Shown in pieces: positions 24,301-36,300 of a stretch of DNA of 64,000 nucleotides (positions are counted from its first letter, which is position 1; the number at the start of each line of letters is the position of its first letter). This stretch comes from Pelomyxa schiedti. Its lineage: Eukaryota > Protista > Evosea. The position numbers and the translations under genes are program-made. Location of the stretch: assembly GCA_020536535.1 (NCBI GenBank), contig JAHLWZ010000347.1, forward strand, positions 20,600 to 84,599, read 5' to 3'. The notes under the pieces were generated by a model. That model was given only the letters and a program-made list of their open reading frames with translations. It was not told the origin of the DNA and ran no database searches.

Positions 24301-27300
24301 CTCATTAACATAGTATCACGAACCTGTCGAGAACTTGCAGGTGTCTGTGCTTCCACCACCAAAACCAGTCGAAGAAGAAGAGAAAACTCTTCCTTTCGAA
24401 ATTTCTTGGCACAGTATCGAGCTCCCTGGTAATTCTTTTTTTTTGCCTATGAAAGATTAAAACCCCATACAGAACCAGACTTGCAAACTTCTGTTCCAGA
24501 TGGTACTCCGATTTGTACCGGGCCGCCTCGGCCCAATCCGCTTCCGTCAGACAAATACGATGTTATCTCACATTTTCCAATACCACCGAGTACTCTCAAC
24601 ATGTCTACTACCTTCAAAGCTATTCCAGGAAAGAAATTTTGTATACACCCTTGTGATATTTCTTCTTTCTCTCCTATGAGTGGGAATAAAGACAACACAG
24701 AACCTGACTTGCAAGCCTCTGCATTAGAGTGTGGGCTGAATTTATCTGGATCACATGAGCCCACACCAAGTCAGAACCCTGCAAATCCCTCTTTTGAACA
24801 TAAAATTGTTCCCCCCCTGCTTTCTCCGCATCTCTCTCTAAAAACACTTTCCCAAGCTATGCTTAAGGCAGTGGAAGACATATCAGTGCAGGTCAAAGAG
24901 GAAGACAATGACTTCCATATGTATCTGGAAAACATGAGAAGCAACTACCAAACCATGACTCAGACAGTTGCAACTACACAACAGAAAGCAACAAGGATTT
25001 CGAGTTTTGTGGAGCACTACAGCTTGTTTATGGAAAAGATGAAGAAACCAAAAAAAGTTATGGAAATAACTGAACTCCAGCTGCAGGTGGTCAGTGATGA
25101 AACTTTATTGGCCATGCAGAGGCAGAGAATGGGGCTTCTACTTCAGGAAGTCTCACATCACTGCCTGGAGATGGTAGTCTATGACCCACTAGAAGTGGCC
25201 TCCATTTTGACAAAAGTGGAACAATATACCTTGGAAGCAAACGAGATCCTGGGGTCAGTCCGGGAGATCACATCAAACATGCAATCTGCAGCCATGGAGA
25301 CAGATACCCAAAGAACCATGCTTGAAGGAGATCTACAACTCATTGTACATGAAATCGATCAGCTATTGCCACAAGAGGGAAATGAAGCCCTAAGATTCCC
25401 TGACTGGCGACAGGTTCCCCAGAAACAGGACCCACTCAGTACCACAACCTACGGTACCACACACGACTTCCCTCCAACAAGTTCCAGCACTATCCAGCAG
25501 CGGTTGGAGGAGGAAAAGCAAAGGGCTCTGAAGCAGCAAGCAATTGCACTTGAAGCTGGCAAGAAAAAAGAACTTGAAGAACAGGCCATCATACTCAACG
25601 CAGAAAAGCAAAGAGCACTCGAACAGCAGGAATCTGCCCTCAATATAAAAAGTGCAAAAATACACAATGAGAAAAAACTTGCGCAACAAGCATATACCCT
25701 GGCTGTGGCAAACAACCTGGAAATTAACCTTTGTGGATTCCAGAAAGGAGTTATGGCTCTTGTAGAACTGAACGACCTAAGTCTAACTAATGCCGTCTGT
25801 ATTGCTAATGGGTCATTTGGGGCAGTGTGTAAAGTTCCTGTACTCCCACAACAGTGGGGGAGTGTTACTGGTGTACAATGCGGTGTGACTGCACCCTTAG
25901 CAGAGGTTGCATTGAAGATGATGTTCAATTTCACTGCCGGAATTAGAACCCTGCAACAGAGGACACAGTTTGAAAGGGAGTATGAAGTCTTAGTCAGGTA
26001 CCCACATTGGTGCTTCACAAATGTGTTCAACCACTTCCGCGGTGATACCTCCTTATCCCTGGTCAAGGAGAGCTTGAGAGGCAATTATGCAATCGTGGAT
26101 GAAAAACGCAATTGGGTGTCAGGGTGCAGTGACACCAGGACCGCCATTCCGGTGTTTCAGCGAACCACGTTCATGACCATGGAGCTTGCAAAATTCACTC
26201 TGGAATCCCTCATTAACTGTCTCCAGGAACCACATCAGGAACAGCAGCGTAGTTCTCCAAAGGGAACCCCAGAACCAACCAACCCATGTTACATGGTACC
26301 TCCACTCAGCAAAGTGGCAGATATTCTTCAGTTGGCGTTTTGCGTGCTGTGTGCGGTTGACCACCTCAACACGCGAGGGTGGTTCCACTGCGACATCAAA
26401 TCTGACAACATCCTGCTGATGGAGAGGCCACACATCAAAGGAAACATCTGGGCTCTCTGTGACCTCGGAACCGCTGTGTTCTGCCAAGATGGGAATCCTC
26501 TAGTTTTGCCCAAGGGCGAGACGTTCACTGGAAATGGACCAAACAGGTCACCTGAAGTGATCCAGGCGCACATCACAGGCAAGTTTCCTCTGCTCAAAAA
26601 CGATGTGTGGGCCGTCGGCTGTGTTCTCTACGAGGCCATTTCCAGGACTCACCCCTTCTTTCAGCAAAATGACCTCAACACCAACAAGATATGTGACACC
26701 AACCTCCCTCCCCTCGTCCCTGATCGTTCTTCTCTCGCACCCGACGCCGCCCACCCCAACGGTACTGCAAACAACTCAACGGTGTCGGGGCTTGTTGGAT
26801 GGCTCCTGGAGCGGGAGGCCGCACGCCGGCCCACGGCCCGCGAGGCCCTCCTCGCCTGCGGTGCACTCGTGTCGCTCCCCCAGCCCCTCATCGCCCAATT
26901 CCTCGCCCATCTCCACACCAGCAACCAACCTCAGCAGGACTCATCCCGGACTGCACAACGCAATGCAGCAACAATCCCACCCCCACAGAATTTCCCGGCA
27001 CCACCATCAAACCTGGTCCCACCACCATTGGGACCGAGCCCACAGCAGCACCAGCACACACCACCACCACAACAAACAACAACAGCAGTACCTGAGGAAC
27101 TCATCAGGTGCATGAGCAAGGCAGTTCACAAGGCACACAAGCACACCGTGACTGAAATCTTCCAACGCAACGGGCTGCGCTTTGGTGTTGATGTTGTTCC
27201 CATACAATCATCAGCATCAGCAGCAACAGCATCTTCTGGGAGCCCCAACACCATGCAAGCAACCGTGAGTGAAGTGATGAGGCTTGTTTATTGCAACATG

Positions 27301-30300
27301 GCACTGCGTGACGTGCCTGATGCCGCTCGTTCTCTGTTCTCTTTCCTCAGTGCTGTCTCATCTCCCCGTTACAACCTCAATCTGCAACTATCCTGATTTT
27401 TGTCGAACCAGGAAAAAAAAATTGAGTCTTTTTCGACAATACTTCAACACAATTCTTTTTGAAAACAATGCTTGGTGCTGGGAGTGAACTGAACCAACTA
27501 TTCTTGGTGTTTGGGCATGTACCTTCCTGATTCCATCAGAAAGATCGGCACTGTAAATCAATCCCAGGGCTTATGCAAGGCTATGTCAAGCTCGACCACA
27601 CAAATCTTGCATCACCTCTGAAGAAAAGAGTTAAAACCTGTGATCTCGCACTCTTTTAGGCATTCAGCAATTTTGACCTCCTGCTGAGGAGGGCTCACTC
27701 CCAGGCCTTCAAGTGAACAAACTTGGTTTTTACCTCAGGACCGGTTTCTACTTTTTGTTTTCGTAAATCAAAAAACTGGTGAGGAGTTGCACCGGCGTAG
27801 CTCGGTGGAGAATGACTTCGGTACCACCGCACTTCATTCGGCCACGTGCGTGCGAAAAATAAAAGAGGTCTTTCTTACATAAATGACGTGTGTCGACAGA
27901 CGTGGACTCAATATGGGAGAACGGATGTTTCCGCAGTCGCTTGCGCTGTCACAAAAATGGTGAATCGCTTGCAGTGGTTCCCCCAAGAAGTGTTGACCAG
28001 AAAACGCAACCTGTTGGGCTTTCCATTCAAGAAATGAACAATGTTTTCAGGTGTGCACTCATTGTCTCATTGTTTCTTTCTTTTGACAGAAAAAGTCTTG
28101 AGGGAAATTCACTGAAGTTGGTGGAGATACTTGGAGTGGCCATGGTAAGAGTTCACGGAAATCTCTTTTAGCTTTTAAAATGAAAACTGGCAGCAAATAC
28201 ACAGAACACGTCTTGAATTGGAAATCATGGGTCACCCACATTTCCAAGGAAATGATGATCTTCTCAATAAACCTGGAGAGTTGATGAACATTGAGATTTT
28301 ACAAGCTTTGCACACTTTGGTTGACTCCTCCTTTACTGCAAGAACCTGACCACAAATTCAAAATAACCAGTTGAAGCAACAACTTGCGGAGTGGAAGGAA
28401 CTCATGGTTGAAGTGTACAACAGGCAGCCTCGTCTCAACTTCCTCTCTGAAAGACAACTCACAAGATTTGGGGCTGCACTCACAACAGTGGCAGCTGAAT
28501 ATGCCTCTACCCCACAATCAGCCACCCACAAGGTTCAGACTCTCACAGGGCCATACCTCTGGGCATGTTTCCCTGATGTGGAAGCCATTCCCCCCGAAAC
28601 GGTGTTGCAGTGCCTGACGTCGGCAATCGTTGAAATTGGAGGGAGGCCTGAGCCAGTGCCAGTGGTCGAGGGTGCTGCAACAGTTGTGGTTCCCCAAGGT
28701 GCGGCTGTCTGCTGGAACCCAGTTTCATTGGTGAGGCTCGTGCTCTGCTTTGTCACTCAGGTTGCCAATTTGAAGGCGGTTCAAGTTAAAGCGGCAGGAG
28801 GTACAAGCGCCACAACATCGGACAACTCGCAAGACATCGTTGTCCAGCTTGCGGAAGGGTTCACTCCCAACGCACTGATGCATCTGCTTTTCGAAAACTT
28901 TTCATTCCAAAAACCACATCCATCAACGATCCTGCATTGCAAGAATGCGAACAAGTCAGACCTCGAACGGTTTCTTCGATGCATCAGCGGTTTTCCACAC
29001 CTCACATTCGCCATTGTGGGTGTGAATGAGATGACGGATGAGCTCAGGCAGGAACTACTGTACAAGTGGTCCTCCAAAATGGCCACCCAAGACAGACCAA
29101 AAGCAAAAACTTTCCTGATCTTCACCTCCCGTGTTGGAATTGGTGCTTTCTCCAACAGTATCGTCAAGCAGCAGACAGTGGTGTTGGAGGAGGTCAAAGT
29201 GAGAATCGCAACATCACCTCTGAATCCCCAACAGATCATGGAGAACGCGAAGGCAAGCGTGGTGTGTTATTCTGGTGGTCCTGGCACTGGAAAAAGCACG
29301 GAGATCAGGGCAAAAATGGAACAGAGCAAGAAGAACTTGGAACCACTGTGCATCAGCATGACTGAGTGCTTTTCCATATCTGACGCGATTCCAAAATTGT
29401 CCCCTCTGTTGAAAGTAGCGAGTGGCGCTGAGGCAACTCCCTTCGTCGCCAACGTTCACTTTGACGTCAGTGCTTATGCTGACATGAGTGTTGTTTCAAC
29501 CTTTTTTTACAACATGCTCATGTGGAGTGTTGTGTGGGATGCTGAGACAGGTGAGATGGTTCCCATTTATCGGGAAAATCTCAAATGGAACTTGTTTGTT
29601 GAGCTGGCAGCTGCACCACCTTCTGATGCTTTGGAAGGTTTTGGATTTGAGAGTACCGAGCTTGTGTTACAGAACATCCCCATCCTGAAACATGTTGGAT
29701 CCTTTGTAAAGCAGTGTGGGATCCCATTTGTCGTGGATAACAATACTTTACTTGTTTCGAAGTTCTTGCAAGCAAATAAGAAGAGCCTTCTTGATAACCC
29801 CACAGGGCTTGTGGCAGAACTCGATGCCAATCCTCTCTCCTTTGATCTTGTGGCAGTGCTTGAGGATTTCTTCCATTCCAGCAGCAGTCCTCCTGCGGGC
29901 TTCAATCTTTTATCACTGTCCACAGATCGAATGCTTCAGCAACGCTTTGTGTCTCTGCTTGCAGATCGGTGCAAATGGCTTTCAGTTCATGCACGCCAGA
30001 GATTGACACTTTTCAATAGTTGTGAGCTGGCCAACAACCTCAGTGGAACAGTGCCCATCAGCAAACTCTTCCAGATGTTTGTGGAAGAGAGCCACGTTTT
30101 GTGCAACCCACCTCTTGGCTCTGAGCAGTTCATTTACACTGCTCGTGAAAAACCACCTCCTCATAGAAAAGATTCAGTGGTGGTGATGCAGCTGCCAATT
30201 GTCATACCAGTCATGGAACATGTTCCCCCACAACTTCCAGTTCCAGGAGAGTTTGTCCTCCCTTTAGCAGGGGCCGTTGAAGACCCAAGGTTACTCCGAC

Positions 30301-33300
30301 AACAACTGCAACTGACATTTGGAATGGAGAACATTCAGGAAGTCATTGAGAGGAAAAAGTACATCCTCACACCAGATTTTGCACTGAAGATGTTGCTTGT
30401 TTATGACCACATGAACGCCGGAACCAACCTCGTCATTTCTGGAGGCACTGGAACAGGCAAAACGGAACTTCTTGATGTCTTTGGCACCCTCCTCAACTCA
30501 AGAACGAAGTTGACACCCAACTTGGTGTCCAAGACAAATAAGTTTGTGCTCGGAAAGATGCTCAGCAGCATCCCAGCCATCCCCAAGCCTTTGTTGATCC
30601 AGTGTCGTGCCATCCTCCAGGGGCAACCACAATCCAAAGTTCCCCAAACACCTTTGAAAATTGTGACCCCCAAAAACGCACTTTCAAACACCTGCTGCCT
30701 CGAGTGGTTGGATGACAATGAGTTTTTCCGCCAGTTTCTTCTTGGAATGCTTAACGCCCACATCAACCTTTTCCCCCAGTTCGCAAGCAGGATTGTTCAA
30801 TTCTTGAAGAACAATTTGATGAAACGCAGGTACATATCCCTGAATGATACTGGCAACCTGTCCAGAGTTTTGGATGACACTCTTTGTCAAGTGTGTTGTG
30901 TGGAAAATAATATCTTTATTCTCACCAGGACATACAGCCAGAAGAAAACCCAAAAGCGGAAAATCGTGTTGTCCACTACATAGAAGAGCTTGCTGACCTT
31001 GTAATGTCGTTCAGAAAAGCCAAATTTGAGAAGGTTTTCCACAAGATTCGCATGCACAAAGGACTTTCTACAGCTGAATTCAGAGAAAGGATCAACGAGA
31101 TAAAGGAAACACTCACAAAATTCCCTAAAGACACCAAGGTTGTTTGCTTCATTGATAAGTGCACATCCACAACAAGCCTGCTTGGAATTGTGAAGGAAGT
31201 GCTGTGTGATTCAAGGTTGGATGGAGAGCCACTTCCCAAGAACCTCTTCTTTGTGGCAACACTCAGCAATAACCAGCCCAGTATTCCTCCACCCGCGGTC
31301 AATAACACCAGGTGTCAGGTGGAACTGGTAGCTTCAGTTCAAAACCAGATTGACTTTGTTGGAATTGCCAGCAAGTTTGGGACCAAGTCCTTTGCAGTGA
31401 GACCACCGCCCCTCTCCATGGAGAAGATGACTGTAAACTTCGGCAAGCTCACAAAACAGCAAGCAGAGAGTTTCACATGGGTCTTGATACTATCTCACTT
31501 GAAGGATAACCCTCATTTTGATAGAAACTGTGCAAAACAGTTGACGTCACTTGTCTTGTTTGGTCAAGACTTTATCAATAGTGCCAAAATCCACCGTGTT
31601 ACTGCCAGCATCCGAGACATTGCTCGAGCCGTGGATCTTTACCTTTATTTTCTCCAACATAAACAGTTCATGTTCAACTTGCCCCATCCTTCTGCTTCAA
31701 ACTACAGTACTCACGTTCATTGGCAAGCAATGGTTGTCCCCTCTAACTTTATTTTTTCTCCCTCTTTCTGTTGTTTGACACTCACAAAAGGCGATCTCGA
31801 TTGCAATGACATACTACTTTCGACTCCCATCAAAGGATTTCATGGAGCAGCAGAAAAGAGAGTCCTTTCGAGCATCCCGAACCATAACACCTTGTACAAG
31901 GGACGAGTTTCAGGATTCCCTTCTGAAGTTCATCATCAGCAACTTCAACAATGCCCCGGAATATCTCATCATGTGGGATGATTACTTCAACAAGGGTGTC
32001 CTGAACTCCTTGTGCAACAACACGCACCTCCCACCTGGAATTGCCAAGACTGTTGCTTTCATGGAGAACTTGTTCTGCACTGTTGTTTGCCTCGATGCCA
32101 AGATTCCACTACTGATTGTTGGTCCACCGTATGTTTCTTCACAGTTCCTCAACTTTCTGTCTAACTTTACCCAGTGGTTGCTCCAAGACACTCATTTTCA
32201 AGGTTGCTGTTGACAACATGAAGGGACAGACATCCCCAAAAGGGTTCTATCGGGCTTTGCACCATGTGCATGCATTCCAATACCAATGTAGTGAGCAGTC
32301 CACGTTCATAGAAATCAAGTCTGTTTTCAAATATGCAATTCATAGGCAAAAAACTTTGCCTGTCGATTCCCAAGAACTGTGTGCCGTTCTTTTTGACGAA
32401 GTGAGATTGCCCAATGAAGAAAAATATCCATTGGAGGTGTGGAACTCTTTGTGGTTATCAACCAACTTTCAACAGATTTCAAACATCCACCTTGATCACA
32501 AAATTTCTTGTCTTCTTCTGTCAAGAAGCATTCTTGACGAGGCTATTACCAATCGAACATTGATGCTGTTGGAAAGTGAACCACCACTCACTGATTTGCA
32601 GACTTTGGCTGAAGGTTTGGGAAATAGTTTCAACTCTTTGTAACCCAGAAATTGCCAGGGTGTATATTTGGGAGTGATACAAGTATTGCTTGGGGAACAA
32701 GAGAAGTCCTTGGAGCACTTTGCACAGCATATCAGGCAGAAGTGAGCAAGATTTATGGGTCACCTTACCCAGCAAGGTTCTTCCACCTCAGAGACTTCGT
32801 CTATTTCCTCCGTTTCCTTGGAAAACACTGTTCAGGAAACAGAGCAGGGGATGCTTTCCACATTTCCCACGATGTAGTTCTTTCTGGATTGCGTCGAAAC
32901 TTCGGTGGATTGGTTCAGAGTGACTTTGACAAACTTGTTGCGAACTTTTTCGACAACATCAACTGGGCACTGAAAAAACATGCACAACCATTATGGACAG
33001 CCCCTGCAGCTGACCAACGAAGAACAGAGATTTCCTCCATCAAGGAGAGCCTGGCAGAGAGACTCACTGATGCCGATGACCCAAACACTGCCCCGTTCAG
33101 ATACATCATGCTGGTGTGTGGTCCTACTTGTTTAAAATTAGAGGCATCCCCTAATCATTTCAACAGCTCGATCCAACCGACAATGAAGTTGCAGTCTCTT
33201 TGCTCTTTGACTTGGGACTGTGTGACCACAACCAAACGAGCGTGTGCTGTATTGGGGATTTTCGTGATGACAGTGACCTTAGAGCGAAAGCAGCAGTGGT

Positions 33301-36300
33301 GAAAAAAGTCAAGGTGGCAATGGAAAAGGGGGAAACTATTGTCTTGGTGAACTCCGCCAGCATCCTCAGCTCGTTTTATGATATTTTCAACCGACATTAT
33401 ACCATCATGCCAAAGAACAAGCAAGATATGGCAAAGTATCCAACCAATACCAGCACAAGGCTTTGTTACGCCAATGTTGCTGCTGGGTCGTTCTCACAGC
33501 CATGTCTTGTTCATGACAACTTCCGTATCATTGTACACATTCCCAAGTCCTCCCTCCAAACAATCCCCACTGCCCTGCTCAGCCGGTTTGAGAAATACTG
33601 CCTTGGGATTGATGATGCACTCTTTGAGAGGCTTCAGATATTACCACGCACCAAACTCATCTCCCCTACAAGCCAGGTACCTTTGCAGCCATATGAAGTC
33701 TTGTGCAATGGGGTGCAGCACATGGTCCATGAGCTGCACACCCTTGCATCCAACAGTCGACTGTTTTATGGTGTGAGTCCAAAAGAAACGGTGAGTTCAC
33801 TTGTTCTCACTGTGTTGGACCGAACCCTTGAAATGATCAAACTTCGGGCTCAAGAGGAAGACCCCTATACCCTCCCACCTCTTTTCCCTTCATTGCTTGG
33901 GTCTGAACCCAATAATCTTGAGCTTTTTGGTGCAAGAGATCATTGGGAGCAGAACATGCGGGAATACATGATCAAAGCCAACCTTCACATTCTTCAGCTT
34001 GCCAAACCAGAGTCGATTTACTTTTGCAAGCAGCTCCCAGAGAGGTACAAATACAGTTACCTGTTAGAGCAGGAGCATTTCTCGTTTTACCGTTTCCTTG
34101 GCTACCTCGTTCAAGTACATTTTTCCATTGCTCCTCATGCACCATCAAAATCCTTGGATGCCACCAGTAATCAAAGAGAGAGAACAGAACCAACAGCAAC
34201 AACAGTGGTTGTTTCTCAGAGAGGTGAGTATTCATCAAAGTGGTGTGTATTTACGCGAACCAGTGCAGAAATCATCACTCTTCCAACAGACAAAAACCTG
34301 CAAAGCAAGATGTTTGATGTGCTTGTTCAAACTGGTTCAGTTCCGCAAGGGCCAGAGCAGAACCCCGGGGATTGGATGGAAGTGTTGAGCCTTGGTGATA
34401 TGTCATCAAGTCAACAATGTTCTTCCCGTGTCCATGATTTTTGTTGTTCTCCCATGAAACTTCTCTTGTTGTGCGTTGTTGACCTGTCAGTTGCAACCCC
34501 AAATCAAATCAACTTTCTGAGGAATGAGATCAATGAGAGGTGGAAAGTATTGGAAGAACATCATCGTGAAGCACCAAACAAGGGGCAATATCTCCAGCGA
34601 ATTGCTGTTCTCCTGTTGCACTTCTCAGCAGAGATTGGAATGAGAGCTGAGAGTGCTTACCATGCAATTTTCCTCAACGGTTGGGACTTCCTTTTTGTGG
34701 ATGCTTTGGGTGTTGTGGCTGGTTCGTCTGGAGCAAATCCTCACTCTGAGGTTGACCCACGTCCGTGGCTTGCAAGAGCGTTTGGGTTGAATCTGAGGGA
34801 CAGTGAGTCTGACCACATGAAGCGGGACTCGTCAACCCAAGAAATGGACACATTCAGAGGTTTATTCTTCGAAGTCCTTCGGCAGTTTTGCAAATTCATG
34901 ACTGGAAGTGGGATCAACACAACAACCTCCACACTTGACAATCAGCGAGCAAAGGACTTTTATGGGAAACCAAACAATGGGGACGCATGTGGTTCCCCAC
35001 AAAGTCTCAACATCTGCATTGCAGAAAAAAGTGAGGAAAGGTTCCAGATCCTGAAACAACTTTTTGAAGAGAACCCAGTTCTTTACGAGGGGATTCTCGA
35101 ACAGTTCAGCCGATCTTGGACTTCTGGATTCCCCAATAAACTCGTGTGTGAAGCAAGCACAGAGTTGTTCCGTGGGTCTTGTGTGGTGAGCTTTGTGACT
35201 GCAACCTCTTTGTCTCGTCGGAACTGCATGGCTCCACTGGTGAGCACGATGCTCCAGATGATGCTTTCCTCATTCGGACTCAATTCTGTGTTCAACATGT
35301 TGGAAAATCGCCAGAAAGGGAAATTGTTGGAGTTGGTCCACCGTGTTTACCGCACCATTCCAATCCCACAACTTGGCAAATCAGTGCTCACCAATTCCAA
35401 GCAGCTGAATTGCACTGTGTTGAGGGCACATCCATTTCCACCTGAACTCCCTTTTTATGATTCAATTGCGCACCTTGTCAACACGCAGGTCATTCACGCG
35501 GCCATAGAGATGCGCCACCACAAGCCCTCCCCCCAAGCTCTGCATTGGAAAGTGCTCGAGTCAATCAGGTCAAATAAGCTCCTCGACGAACTTCTCGAGA
35601 ACATCACAGAGAACCAACCTTTGTTCAACATGTTCAGACGGGACTTTGTGACCAGGTCACTGAAGCTCTCCACCCTCCATATCTCAGAGTTCAAGAACCT
35701 TTTGGGTTCCAATGCCCAGGCTGTTGATTTAGAGGGCAGGCTGGGCCGGTTCATGGAAATGATTCTCAGTTATATCCGGGAATTCAAGATAGCACTTGTG
35801 GAAGACATCCCTGAATTGTTTGTGATCAAGAGGTTCTATGAACCAGAAATAAATTATTTCATGGCACTTGTCACTCCTTTGCATCTTCTTGATCCCGCCC
35901 TCACACCAGAGCAGTTTGACAGGTGCAGAAGGCCTCCAAGATTTGAGAAAAACCAACTTCAGGAGATGGTGAAGTGGGTTACAACGCTCACAGCAGACCT
36001 GCTGTGGGAGAGGTTGACACAGGAAATCCTCACAGGAGGGCCAAAGCTTGATTCCCATGCCACTGTGAATTGGGGCCAAGTTTACCGCCACTTCTTCAGC
36101 ACTTTGAAGTCGAGGTCCGAATTGGCCACCCTTCTCTCGAACAGTCCCGAAACAATTCAGAAGCTTGATGCGATGCACGTTGTGTTTGTGTTCCTCTCCA
36201 ATTGCCGGGCAGAGGGTTTCAAGCCTACTTTCCCTTTCCTCACCCGGGCCCGTTCCTTGTCTCAGGTATTGGGGCAGTTTGTGTCAACCCTGTACACCCC

